The notes beneath the pieces were generated by a model. The model was given only the letters and a program-made list of their open reading frames with translations, was not told the origin of the DNA and did no database searches. This document shows positions 27,143-39,761 of a DNA stretch of 64,000 nucleotides, in pieces. The position numbers and the translations under genes were made by a program. Source of the stretch: Fimbriosthenelais zetlandica (taxonomy: Eukaryota); contig OZ365114.1 in the NCBI GenBank assembly GCA_977030845.1, forward strand, positions 15,872,001 to 15,936,000, in the 5' to 3' direction. Each line of letters starts with the position of its first letter. The stretch's first letter is position 1.

Positions 27143-28059
27143 ATGGCTCGCTATGGGTGGCTGCGGCCAGGTGATGTACCTAATGACACGGACTCGGATG
27201 ATGATGAGGAAGCCATGGACATGGGGCAGCAAGTTCCAGGTGAAACAAATTAGGCCAAATAATAATTTCAGTATTACCAAATGTTTTCTATAGAATTAGA
27301 CACTTGGTCTTGGATGATCCAAATATTCAACCATGGTTTTAACCTAACTTCATAGGTTCTATAGTATTTTCAAAATTGTATTCTTTGTACGGTAATCTTG
27401 ATTCTTGTCTCAATTCTGATCCTTCCTCATTGCAGAAGACAAATTATCCAAAAATTTCTCGCAAAAATTGTCCATGGAAGAATATGAAAAACAGAAGAAA
27501 GAATTTACAAAAGCAGCCGTGGAAAACCTCATTAATTCAGCCGAGTACCAACGACGATTAAACACTTGTAACAGGTGAGTTTCCTGTCATGCATTCATTT
27601 GCTCTGGGGATCCACCCATTTTATCCTTGGCTTAGGCTCAGTGCATTATTAGCTCTGACTTTAAATAATTAAACATTATATTTGTTTCTTTTGCAGTTGT
27701 TGGTCTAATTGGTTGCTTGACCAATGCACACAGACCTGCCTTGAATGTGGTGGCTTTCCGTTGACAAGACCATGTCCTATTTGTAAGGGCAAATGCAAAA
27801 AGCAGTGGGTCAGGGATGTTGATATGGTAAGTAAAGGGCCTTGATATCGAACCTTTCACATTGAAGAAGTGTTCCGATGGTATTATGCTATGAATTCCTG
27901 TTTTTTTCCTTGTAGTCTCACGCCATGTTTGAAGCGCATTGGGATGGAGAATGTGGCCTGCCGGAGGAGGAGAAAGAAGCCCACATGTATGCTACATTCC
28001 TCTATGATGCTGGAGAGGAAGAGATGCTGGATGGACTGGAGGATCTCAATACATCCTGA
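27143..28059 (+). CDS. Pino: Pinocchio-like (Pino/smi21F family) Cys/His-rich protein, 169 aa; coding exons 27143-27239, 27436-27574, 27697-27826, 27916-28059
   Basis: Phase-consistent exons give RLNTCNSCWSNWLLDQCTQTCLECGGFPLTRPCPICKGKCKKQWVRDVDMSHAMFEAHWDGEC. This matches the recalled Drosophila pinocchio pattern (LNSCFTCGVSW...CSECGGY...RPCPLCDGQC...W.RD..MSH...A.W.G.C). Confidence 0.8.
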
Positions 28060-29050
28060 TAGACATCATCTATATCTTACCTTTAATGATGAGTCAATGA
28101 GGAGTCCCCTAATAGATATAACTTGTAAAATGGGATATATTGTACTTATCCCTTACAAACCGAAAAAATACAGTGGAACTTCAGCATAGGGAATACTGAA
28201 CAAAAATGACCACTCTATGGAAATGTTCCATAATCAGAGGGAGAGGTTTAAAACAAAAGTATACACCATTTATAGGTCTTCAATGGTGTTCACTAATTTT
28301 ACTATTTTGCATTTTAATGCAGAAAATGTTACTTTCGTCATATATGATGATATACCTTTTGTGAAGGAAATACAATGCATGTATTTTTTGTTTATATAAT
28401 ATACAAATAACCATGTATATTGAAATGATTCTTAGCCATTTAAACCTGTTTTATCTTGCCTAAATTGAATAAGATTTGTCAGCTGGCAATTGGGAACCTA
28501 GCCAACCAAAAACCACAGTCAAAATCAAAAATATATGAAAATTCTCATGCCATATTTATGGGATCATCTTGCAGATATACTTTAGGACTATATTTTGCCT
28601 GCTAAAGTTACCTACATGCCATTTGCCAAGGAATTTATGATCTAGTCTCCTATCTTAGTGATAGTAATGCACCTTTTAGCCAATGTAAAAAATGTTCATG
28701 AATGTACCATATTTAAAAGAAGTATTCCAAGTTTCACATGGATGTATATATCATACCTTGAACAAAATAAAAGAAGAAAAGCTCCATATTCCAAAAATTA
28801 TTTAAATTTATTCATTGCAGAACTATTCATATTATTTCATGACGGAATTATGTATAATCTTATGCAAGCTTGCAACAGAACATCTATTCACCGGACAGAA
28901 TTCTTTCACCAAGAAGTCGTGAAGTCTGCCCAAAATAATGTATAGAAACCACAAAGATGTCTAGTCCTCCTGTCTGCATCATTTATAATGTTCATAATGA
29001 ATTACTCATTCAAAGATGAAGCTTTGGGTCCAATCTTCCACTTATTTATT

Positions 29051-29261
29051 ATTCAATCCAAATGTAGAAAGTCAATTCAATCAGATTTCAGACGTACTGG
29101 ATCAATCATTTCAATGACAATCGATCATTCATTCCATCAGTATCCAGAAGTACTGGTCAATCATTCAATCAGAATATAGGAAGTACTCTCTGAATCATTC
29201 AATCAGAATTATATAGAATTCTGCGTCAATCATTTCAATCAGAGTACCGCATTCAATCAGA
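29051..29261 (-). repeat. About 7 degenerate copies of CTGATTGAATGATTGA starting at the INTS7 stop codon
   Basis: Plus-strand (T)CAATCATTCAATCAG-like motifs at about 29072, 29101, 29119, 29157, 29194, 29226 and 29250, roughly 30-35 bp apart. Confidence 0.75.
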
Positions 29262-32200
29262 ATGTCGAGGTGCTGAGTGCAGCACGTTGTTGCTGCCTCT
29301 GTGCAGCATATTGTTGTTGCTGTTGTCTCTGTACTGCCTCATCATATGATTTAACATTAAGTGAAGCTTTAGGCCCGGTCTTCCACTGTACTCCATTCTC
29401 ATCAATGACAGACGCCTCTATAGATACCAGGTGAATACCGGCTATAGGGAATGATAGGAGGAACTGGGTGCTGAAATAATCATTGTGTGGCTCGGTCGTC
29501 TTCTTCATCTCATTGGTAGGGTTCTCCCTCAACTGAAAAAAGAATTTAACTTGGTTCTATGGTTTCCTGTAGTTTAGCTGGTTCATGCAGGGATTGAATA
29601 TGTTTTTCATCAGGCCTTTTATATTCCACTGACTTAGCAGTGCTTCAGTGTAGGCCGATAGCAAATTGGAAGGCTGCTGGTGGAATTGATTTTTTATAAT
29701 TTCCACAAAATTGTAGCAGTTGTGTTCATATGTCCAGGCTTTTCAGTGCATGCGATCAGTGAATTTTGCCTTTCGACCTCATTACGTTTCAAAAAAATAT
29801 ATTTAAAAAAGAATTTGGTCCATATGTCATGACTTTTCAATGTAGTTGACCATGTATTATAATATAGTCATCGCTGGAAATTAGTTTAGAAAACAAACCC
29901 CCAAAAAATAAGTAAAACTTGAAGCCTTACCTTGACGTCAGCTATCATCTGAGAGCGGCTTTGTTGGGCTGAGGAGATTGAGAGCTGTATCTCAGCCACC
30001 TTCCTGAAGAGACCAGGATGGGCGCCATGTTGGACGACTCCCTCCACCTTCACCGCCAGTAATGAGTCGTAATGTATGGTGATCGGGTCGTTAGGCGAGC
30101 GAGGCTGAGGCGATATCGCCAGCTACAATAAAATTAAAGATATTTTCATAAATTAACGGACACTGCGATAAAATGGATGAATATATCAGCAACTTCATAT
30201 CAGCAAAATAAGTTTATAACATTTTTGTTTTTTCTTGAATTGATCTTAGAATTGATAATATTTTACCTTGATTGAAGTCGCTTGTAAACTCTGGAAGAAA
30301 TAGCGAGGGAAGGAGAGAGGCACAGAAGTGAGAAGCATCGATGCTGTTTGCATGGTCTCCATATGCTGCAAATACAAAAGGAACAAATCACTATACTATA
30401 CTGACTATATTTCTCAATTGATATATGACCAATATACGGCACCATTATTTATTTCTAAAAAATATCAGAGATTTGTTTCTATTATTTGTACTCACAGCAG
30501 ATGTCGGAGGTCGGATTTCCCCCGGACTGAGGTTCATGTCATTTGCAGCATTAGTTTCTTGGAGTTTCTTTAAGACTTCTTCACAAGCATTAAGCCAAGG
30601 CTGGTGCTCCACGAACGAACCAGACATGGGTGGCGCTACCGTCGGTCCCCCATCACTCTCACTGATAAATAGAAAATAGCAGATTATCATGAAACTTCCA
30701 ATAGTACTCCCGTGATAACTTACTTTACAACATTCTAATTCCAAGAATATAAAAGAAAATACTCACGCTGTAGATCGAAGTAAAGACTCGAGAACATGAA
30801 TCATTAATTCACATGACTGCTGCAATCTGATCATTATGTTAAAGAACATAATTATTTCTAACATAGATCTATAATATTCATTCAGAACCAAGAAGAAACA
30901 AATTATATCAGAAATGTTATAAAAATATTGTATTTTCATTTAACTAAATTTGAAACATATTCATCACAAAGTTAGACAGATGAAGGATACATCTGAAGGT
31001 TGACCAGGGTGGCAGGATCAGCATCAAATGAGGACTGGTAAAGGTCTCCATACTTGCTACATAAAGTCCCAAACTGTTGGCAGCATTTCTGCAGCTGAAA
31101 TAGACGGAAAAATTTACTAAATTTATATTAACCACCCCAAAGTTATTCCGGTTTAACTTATGGAACACCCTCTCGTTACTTTTCAACTAACTCAGCATAC
31201 CAAGTTTGACTTTTGACATTTTTTTCTGATTTTGAATTTACCTGGGTGACAATGTGCCCACATCTGTGGATCTCTTTGCGCGTGGTGATAGCCAGGGAGG
31301 AGGCGATGGCCGGGGGAGGGCTGGTCTGGAAGCTGCAGCAGACCCTCACTAACTGAGCCTGGGCCTGTAACATCTGGGTTCGCAGCTGTAGATACTGAGA
31401 CTGGAAACTCAGCAGGGACATAGGTGTGGTGGCCGCCTAAAGGACCAAGTGAGAATTGTATGAATAAATGATATTGCATAAGGCATATGGTTTTGATTTG
31501 GATGGCAAATGTCAATGGTCATTTACTTATCTTTTTGCCTTACCTTTATAGAAGCTATGGCTTTGTGGTAGTAAGTCTCAGCATCAGAGATGTTAGTCAT
31601 ATAGTCAGCTGTAGTGGTAACAGGCCGCTGGAGACAAGTCTCCGCTAAACAACAGTCTCTCAGCGCACTCAGCCAGAAGTGGAAGTGTTCTGTGGACACC
31701 TACAATTTCAATATTACATATCAGATAAGTCAATTTTTTAAAACAATGACCTGACCTGAAATATTGTTTTTCCAGATGAGTGAGAACCTTATAATAATTA
31801 GAATGCTTACCTTGGAGGTCAAAGACTCAAAGAGTTGAGCCGCTATATGATGATGACCATAGCGAGCCGCCTGTCGAGCTACCCGGTACACCGTCCACTG
31901 GTTGGTCATCTGTAGGGCCTCACCTATACCAGCCTTGATGTGGTCAGGGATGGCATCCCCCACACACGACTGGAGGAGTACCGTGGACAGAGTGACTACT
32001 AGCTGGTCCATGGACGAGCTCCTGGACTGGACAGCATGGTTGAGGGCCTTGAGTAGGTCCTCAGTCAGGCTGGGGAGCAGCTCATTACAGTGGCTACCTA
32101 TAGAAGCGAGGCACTCACATACCAGTACCACACTGGCATCTGAATGGGGACAACATTAAAGAAAGATAATAGTTTTAATTAGATTATTTAAATACTCCAT

Positions 32201-35200
32201 TAGTGAATAATTCTGTTGGAAGGTTTGAGGTAGAATATATTTAATAGGGTTTCCTTTAAGGGAAAACTTCCACATCGAAGCACATTTAGCCAGATTTGTC
32301 AACTTTTATGAGGTTTTATTGTATGCTGCAGTAAATCAGCTAACTTTTAAACCGGTCAAGTGTCAACATACCAGCTCTGGCGTTGACAGCAGTGGTGGCC
32401 ATGTCCATGAAGCGGTCAGAGACTGAGGGGCAAACACGGCACAGCTGTACTACACAATGAAGCACCACCTGCAAATTAATTAAAACTAATTACTTCATTA
32501 TTTTATTTCAGACAAAAATCCTAATTTCCAATGTTCAAAATCAGCAGAATTTAAAGCCAAATAAATCTTAATTTCTCTATGCACAGAGATGACTATTAAG
32601 CCAATAATCTCACCTTGAGAGCAGTTATATTTTTCTGTGAAGAAACAGATGTAGTGACCACCATTAAACTTTCTAGAGCCATGGCTGCGTCCTCGATCAA
32701 TTCCTGACCTCCTTCAGGTGACGCTAAGTTTGTAAACAACAAAAATATAATTATATAGTTCAGACAAAAATATATGAAATATCTAGAGCAAAGTTCAGAC
32801 ATTATGTACTTGAAAGAGACATTCTAAGAAATAGTACTGAAGTGTACCTTTGTATTTGTGTATAGCTAGATGGGTCAGGAGTTCTGTAGCCTTGGCTGCT
32901 ATCTGAATATTGCTATGATAACAGCAGGTGGTACACATGTCCATCTCGGGTGAATCTAGAAAAAAACAGATAATATAATATTATGTGATTATACTTAAAA
33001 CAGACAGGATGCCAGTCAACCTAAGCAAATAAAAAAAAAGTTCTAGGTACTGCAATCTGAATTGATCTAAGATAATTTTGTCCTCACCGTCTAGGGTAGA
33101 GAAGCTGGAGATGGCAATGGAAGCGGAGAGAGTAGTAAGCACATGTAGACTTCCCAACATAAATATATCAAACGTGGCTTCTTTGGCAAAATTACACAGA
33201 GACTGGAAATCAAAGTACCAAATAATTATTATTCATACCATGTATAAATTCACTTCTTTCTGAATTTCTATAGAATGTAACTCCACAGTATTTAAAAATT
33301 AATAAAAGTTATAAATGGAAATTTTACCTTGATGTTGTCAGAGGTCCACATATGAGGGCCTTTAGCAGCTAACAACCTCAGGTCGTTGAGGGCAGCGATC
33401 CTTACTGCTCGCCGTGGGTCTTTCTGTACATAGTCCAGCAACAGTACAACCTAACAATAAAAAATAATGCAATATTTTATGGAGAAGAATCTTTACAAGA
33501 TCTTCGAAAAATTTCAGGAAAATAACATTTGAAATGGCATTTATATAAAGCTACATGAGTAAAGTGAATGCGAGAGACGATTGAAAATGTAGATCACCGG
33601 TACAGGTACATTAATAGTGCAATTAATTCAGGACTTTTGTTTAAATTAATTGAAGGGAAAAAAATAATCACCTGTTGTGGCATGTCTACTATTGACCTGG
33701 CCGCCAGTTGTGAGAGGGTATGCAGAGTGACCAGTACAGCCCCCCGACCAGGGTAACTAGGTAACAACTGGACACATAACTCACGAGCCTGTATAAAAAT
33801 ATAAAAATATTTTGGTCAAAAACTTTGAAATGCACCACATGCTTGGGTAAATTTAGTAGGCCTACTGGTAAAAAAAATCAAATATTCTAGTGGGATATTG
33901 AAATGGAAAGAATGGTAAGACTGGATCAAATAGAAACTTATTATAACTTGGTTGTAATTTAAGTAGTTTTTCACCTTTTTGCATGTCATTGGATCATGGT
34001 ACATGTGTTGAAAGATAGGGATGAGCTTCATCTTGGTGTCCACAGGGGTCGCCAGTCCTTCTATGGTATCAGCAAGCTGGTTGCAAATACTACTGGCAAA
34101 TGTCCTGGGAAAATTTAAATGGTGATCAATTTAATCAATAAAGAGGGATTTTTAATATTGTATCCTCTAGGACTTTTTTTATATATATTTTTATATGCAA
34201 ATTTTTTAAACTCACAATAAATTATTGACCATTGCATATAGGTTTTACCTCGATTGAGCAGAAAATCTGTCAATGGCGAAGATAGCAGCCTCCAACTCTA
34301 CCGAGTCATGAGAGTGAAGAGCATTAGTAATACTATGGTGGACGTTTTTACGTTCTGCAATTACAGTAGCCAAACTTCCCAGGGTCCTGTGAACAATGAA
34401 CGTAAAATTATAATTCAAAGATATTATTTATCTCAGGACATACATTGTCTCCAATTATATGTTAAAACCAGGGACAACTATACCTGTACCTGTAATTTTG
34501 TTGTTGAAAGCATTAGTGTTTCCTGGCAAAAATCAAAACTATTCTCAGTTAATTATCAATCCACACTGGGTCTTACCTGATAGTGATAGCCCTGGCCACA
34601 GGATCATTGCTGTGAATGACAGTAAAGATCCGTTTGACCACTTCATCTATGTTGGTGATTTTGTCCAGATGTTTCTCACTTTGTTGAGTCACTTTGAGGA
34701 CACACAGTCGGAGGAAATTAGACCTACAAGTACAAGATCCCAGAATGATAAAAATATCGGATGAGGGACTCAGGTTTCTTCTGCAGTAACCAGAATTTTA
34801 GTGACAAAATACAGTACTTACCCTCTTCGGAAGACATCAGCGAGCTTTAGGAAAGCTGAGTTGATGAGGATGGGGAAGGGATACTTCTCAAAGAGACGTG
34901 GAAACCTGACGATGGCTTCACATTGATCACCAACTCTGGCCGATCTCAGTGCTGGATATTGGAGGAAAAAAGAAAAGAAATGAGCAACGTGTTGTTAATG
35001 ATAAAGCGTTTTGATAAAACTAATCTTTGTGCCTGTAATGTATATGATGAGAGAAGGATAGAAAGCGGGACTAGTTCCCGAGTGACGCCCTCGCGACCTA
35101 TACGGCAAAAGAAGGAACTAATAAGTCACTTTCGGTCCCCTGCGACTACTACCCCACCACCGGCAAAAGGGAGAACTAACGCTCAATGCTATGTCAATGC

Positions 35201-36396
35201 AGCGCCGCTCGGAATTTGCAGGCGGCATTTGCAGATCAATAAATGCACCAAAATGAATCTAAATTGAAATCCGTCGGTAGATTCTCATCGTATGTATTAA
35301 AGAACAGAGGTAAGCTGTCTGAAAACCTGTAAACGGCGAGCGAATGGAAGCAATGCTATTGTCGGCGATAATAGGGGATTTGGCAGACTGGCCGGTTGAT
35401 TGTCTGGTAGCGCCCTTGCGCAGCCACACGGCAAGAGAGGGAACTAACGCTCAATGCTATTTTCAGACGGCGTTTGTAGATCTAGGAAAGCACCCAAATC
35501 AACCAAAACTTAAATTAATCGGTAATTTACATGGATAATTTATCGCATCCAAAGGAACGGAGTTACAATGGCGAGATGGTGGAAGCAGTCTTGTTGTGAG
35601 CGATAACAGGAGCTTTGGCCGCTATCCGTTGAGCTGCCACCTTGTGTGTCGCGAGTGAACTGAGCTCCGCCGCGCCTTTACTTCAGCGAGAAGCCACCAG
35701 GTGCCAGCTCAGTTTCTTGTCACCACCATCAGCTGAGCGCCCAAGGCCAAGCCGGTTACTGCGGGCGTCGCTTAGCCTTAGAATTTTCAGACGTCGTTTA
35801 CAGATAGATATATATATACAAATCTTTAACACTCGGTAGTAGAGAACAGTACATTAGTACATGGTTGGCTATTTAGACCGAGCAAAGTAACATTTAAACA
35901 ACAGATCGAGGAAACTGGAAAGCACCAAAATCAGACAAGAAATCTGTCGGACTGACTGAATGATTATCTTTGAATTTGTCATAATATAGCATCTAGTTAA
36001 TCTTATTCTTATATCATATGCCCCCTTTGGAAAAATTCTGGATCCGTCCCTGCAATTCACCGACAATAAACAACCAGGGGCACTCCGGTAGGTACAGGGA
36101 TCCTCTCCCGGGTCCCTACCCATGTACCCCGGGCTATCATCGGCGGGCTAGGCCGGTGAGGCGCCGAGCCCGACCGAGGCCGCAGCGGCTGCTCGAGACC
36201 ACTGCTAGTGCTACCGAATATAAATGGGCATATCTGACAACTATAACAAGAATCGAATACTTATTTAAGTGGAATGGATTAAGAATGTTCCTGAAAACGT
36301 ACCATTATCAAGTTCTACCAACTGGGCATTCGCATCTTTGTCCTGTTCACCATAACCGGTTTCCCCAAAGAGTTTATGACGAGCGGAGGCCGCCAT
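29257..36396 (-). CDS. INTS7: Integrator complex subunit 7 (961 aa); 20 coding exons: 36396-36303, 34951-34822, 34723-34577, 34386-34249, 34104-33975, 33788-33672, 33450-33328, 33202-33088, 32955-32848, 32723-32614, 32468-32372, 32139-31811, 31699-31544, 31436-31242, 31094-30991, 30826-30767, 30661-30496, 30365-30267, 30122-29931, 29532-29257
   Basis: All junctions are GT-AG and in phase (2886 nt in total). Hallmark stretches: DANAQLVELD.ALRS...QCEAIVRFPRLFEKYPFPILINSAFLKLADVFR; WTVYRVARQAARYGHH; QTSPPPAIA; VPLSFPRYFFQ; EPHNDYFSTQFLL; WKTGP; Q-rich tail. Confidence 0.97.
35085..35810. repeat. Diverged tandem duplication (about 270-320 bp period, 2-3 copies) in INTS7 intron 1
   Basis: Shared blocks: GGAACTAACGCTCAATGCTAT (near 35170 and 35437), TTTTCAGACG(G/T)CGTTT (near 35459 and 35784), and GGAAGCA...GCGATAA.AGG.G.TTTGGC (near 35347 and 35580). 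Confidence 0.6.
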
Positions 36397-36558
36397 ATTT
36401 GTTTCCGGAAGTGAATGATTCACTGCGGGACTACAGTGCCCACTAGCGCCGCCGTCGGTTTTAACGGGAACTGTGATGATCAATTATCGCCTACTTCCAA
36501 ACGGGAAATAATTCAGAGAAATGAAAACATCTGGTAAACGGTTATAGGAACAGTCGGG
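36397..36558. promoter_or_regulatory. Bidirectional promoter between INTS7 (-) and CCNC (+)
   Basis: Only 162 bp separate the two ATGs. It contains an ETS site TTCCGGAAGTG (about 36403-36413), a YY1-type GCCGCCATATTT overlapping the INTS7 start, and many CpGs. Confidence 0.8.
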
Positions 36559-39500
36559 ATGGCGGGGAACTTTTGGCAGAGTTCTCACTAGTGAGTATTG
36601 TTATCGGGGCCTTTTTTCTGCTGTAAAATTAAAACTGTAAAGCATGAAAGAGATACTTCTGTTTTGTGTATTGGCTCATTGAACAAAGGGATGAAGCCTG
36701 TAAGCCAGAATCTGACAGAAATGATAAAGGCCTGGCCCCTGGCTTTAGGCATGTTGGGTGTCTGTCAACCCAGAAATTGGCATAAATTTTCGAGGCGCGG
36801 ATTTAGGAGGGGGTCGGGCCCAGGGTGTTAACGTAACTCCCACCCTAACTCTAGGTTTAACCTTAACCCTAGGTAAAACGCTAACCCTAGGCCTAGTAGT
36901 AGTCCTAGCTCCAACCTAACCCTAAGTCTAACCCTAATAATATTGATTTTTAAACTTTGCCTTTGTAGTCAGCAGTGGTTGCTGGACCGCCAGGACCTGC
37001 TGCGTGAGAGGGAAGAGGACCTGAAAATCATTACCGAGGAAGAATATTCCAAAGTTATGATTTTCTTTGCCAACTGTAAGTGTAGATTTATTATAGGCCT
37101 GTAAATTACCTGGTACACTGTAAAATTGGCTAAAGTGAATCATTTTGATTTTTGAAATGGTTAAATTATTATGTTTCTAATTTCGTTCCAATTAATATAT
37201 TTTTAACTATTTATTTGACACGATTTAGGTTCCAATTGGCCTACTTCTAGATATCCTGGACTGAATTATTGATATACCCACTTTTTTTTAATTTCAGTTA
37301 TCCAAGCTCTTGGTGAAGCATTGAAATGCAGACAACAAGTGATAGCCACAGCAACTATATATTTTAAGCGGTTTTACGCCCGAGCTGGTAACTCACTAAA
37401 AGCGGTAGACCCTCTCTTAATGGCGCCTACATGTATATTCCTCGCCTCCAAGGTAGAGGTAAGTAACCACCTGAACAAAATATTTTATGATTTGATATTA
37501 AATTTCATTGAATGTAATTATTTCCATAATTATGTTAAATTACATTTGTATCCCATTTTTTTCTGAAGGAGTCTGGTGTCATCTCTAACAGTAGACTTAT
37601 ATCGACGTGCCAAGCCGTGGGTGAGTTTTCAATATGTTTTTTTTTCAAAATTTAAAATCCTGTCTTAAATCTTTTACAAAATATAGGGTTTGACTCTTGT
37701 CCATTTGTCCACTTGATCATTATCATATCTCTCACCATTCTATATTTTCCTTGCTAAATTCTCATGATATTTCTTTGCAGTGAAGAATAAATTTATCTAC
37801 GCCTTTAACCAGGAGTTTCCTTACCGTAATCCGAACATTTTGGAGTGTGAGTTTTTCCTGCTGGAGATGATGGACTGCTCTCTTATCCTCTTCCATCCGT
37901 ACCGCCCTCTCATCCAATACGCCACAGACCTGGGTCAGGATGACAAGCTCCTTCAACTAGCCTGGTACGCCTGAAATACATCAACAACTATACCGCTACT
38001 TTAAGTTTCATTTAAGTCGTTTACAGTTTAAAATAATTCAATTTGTACATCCATTTTGCAGGAGGATAGTCAATGATACATTGCGAACGGACATTCCACT
38101 TCTCTATCCACCGTATATGATATCCCTAGGTAAGCAGTAATAAGTAAATTATGAAAAAATATGTTTTTGATATTACTTTAAATAATTACCTAAAAAAAAT
38201 ACTGGATACATCTATAGTCCGAAAATATTTATCAGAAAATTGCGCAAAAAATAATTTCTTTTCAAGAAGTATTTTTGACCATATTTTTCCTTTGATTTGT
38301 TACAGCTTGTTTAAACATGGCCAGTGTTATACAACAGAGGGACACGCGCCAATGGTTCGCTGAGCTCTCCATAGACATCGATGTTGTAAGGATGCCTTTC
38401 ATAACTTTATTTTCTTTTGAAAATCTCAAATCTGAAGATATTAAAACTGTGAGGAAAATGGCGTTAGAAAATTAAAACAAATATGCCTTTAAGAACTATC
38501 TTGGGCGTTGTGTACGATGATCAAAATTTAGTACTGATCTGACATAAAAATTAAAATAGTTTTGAGCTATTTTTCTTGTAACAATATCTGACTAATTGAC
38601 CGCTTTCTTTATTCAGATTTTAGAAATAACTCGTCAGATCCTCGCCCTCTACCAACTGTGGAAAAGCTTTGACGAAAAGAAGGAAATCGCTGCGTTACTG
38701 TCCAAGGTGCCCAAACCGAAAATCTCCGCCTCCAGGTAAGAGATCTCCCCTGTTTACCTGAAGAGGGAGCGAGACAAAGAGAAAAAAGAAAAGAGGGGGA
38801 AACTTATCTCTGTGGCCACAGCATCCTACCAGGCCCTAAACCATCTGATGTCCCAATCCTGGAACTTAAAAAAATGGGCAAAAATAAAAAGAAACTCCTC
38901 ATTTACTCAAAAAGAAAAGAAAAAAAAGACTTATACAAGAAGTTGATTTGCTCGAAACCAACCCCCTTGTGACAATTTTTGGAAGATGGAGGAGAAGGAG
39001 GGAGAAAGGAGGAAGAGAAGGAAAAGGAGAAAAGCTGAGATTTTTTTTCCAAGTGTCCAAATAATGTTCTAAGTGTGATATTGTGGAGCTGTGATGAACT
39101 CGTCCAGTTTGAAAAAAAGTCTACTGTGAACCCACTTGAGTGTTAATCTTAAAAAATATATAACAATTATAGTAAGTGGTCCCATGAATGGAGTAACGTC
39201 TCAGTGAAATTTATATATAATCAAAAAACATAAGACTTCTCAAAATACTCACAACCTAGTGATAGCACCAGTAATCGGCTTTAATTTATTAGCTATAAAT
39301 TTGATGATATAATTATATTGACTTATACATTTGCACTTGTATCTCACTGATTCTTATGTGTGAATTCCAACTGCTAAATTCCAATTATGATAATATTATA
39401 TGTACCATTGTATAATCCAACATTCGTTACACTGTCAGTTGATTGAAATATTAATATTAAGTAAATTTAACCAAAAAATAACCCTTCTTTATAATATTTG

Positions 39501-39761
39501 AAATTTCACCTAGATTTAAAATAAAACACTCCTCAAGGCTGAAACTGAAATATGTAAAAGAACACTTCATGGCGGAAATAAAGATATCTTTGAAAAAACA
39601 AAGAAACCCACCTGGCGGGCAGAAGTTAGCTATTGTTCTTGTTGGTTTTTCACTGCTGCAGGCCTCCGTCACAAGGCACCGGGTCGGGCGAGGGCTTCTC
39701 CAGTCAGAACAACCAGCAAGGCTCACATGGTTCTTCTCAATCCCAGAGCCAGCCTGTCTGA
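36559..39761 (+). CDS. CCNC: Cyclin C (300 aa with terminal exon); exons 36559-36590, 36969-37075, 37298-37458, 37569-37620, 37781-37964, 38062-38129, 38306-38385, 38617-38735, 39662-39761
   Basis: MAGNFWQSSHY...RQQVIATATIYFKRFYAR...DPLLMAPTCIFLASKVEE...ILECEFFLLEMMDC.LI.FHPYRPL...AWRIVNDT.RTD..LLYPP...WFAELS.D...KVPKPK is near-identical to cyclin C as recalled. All junctions are in phase. The last exon (S/G/Q-rich) is less certain than the rest. Confidence 0.97.
36843..36937 (+). repeat. Degenerate (CCCTAA)n telomere-like tract in CCNC intron 1
   Basis: Repeated TAACCCTA / CCCTAA / CCTAG units. Confidence 0.7.

Noticed and set aside
39088-39140. TGTGATGA C-box-like motif suggesting an intronic C/D snoRNA
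   Set aside because: No CTGA D-box or terminal stem at a suitable distance.
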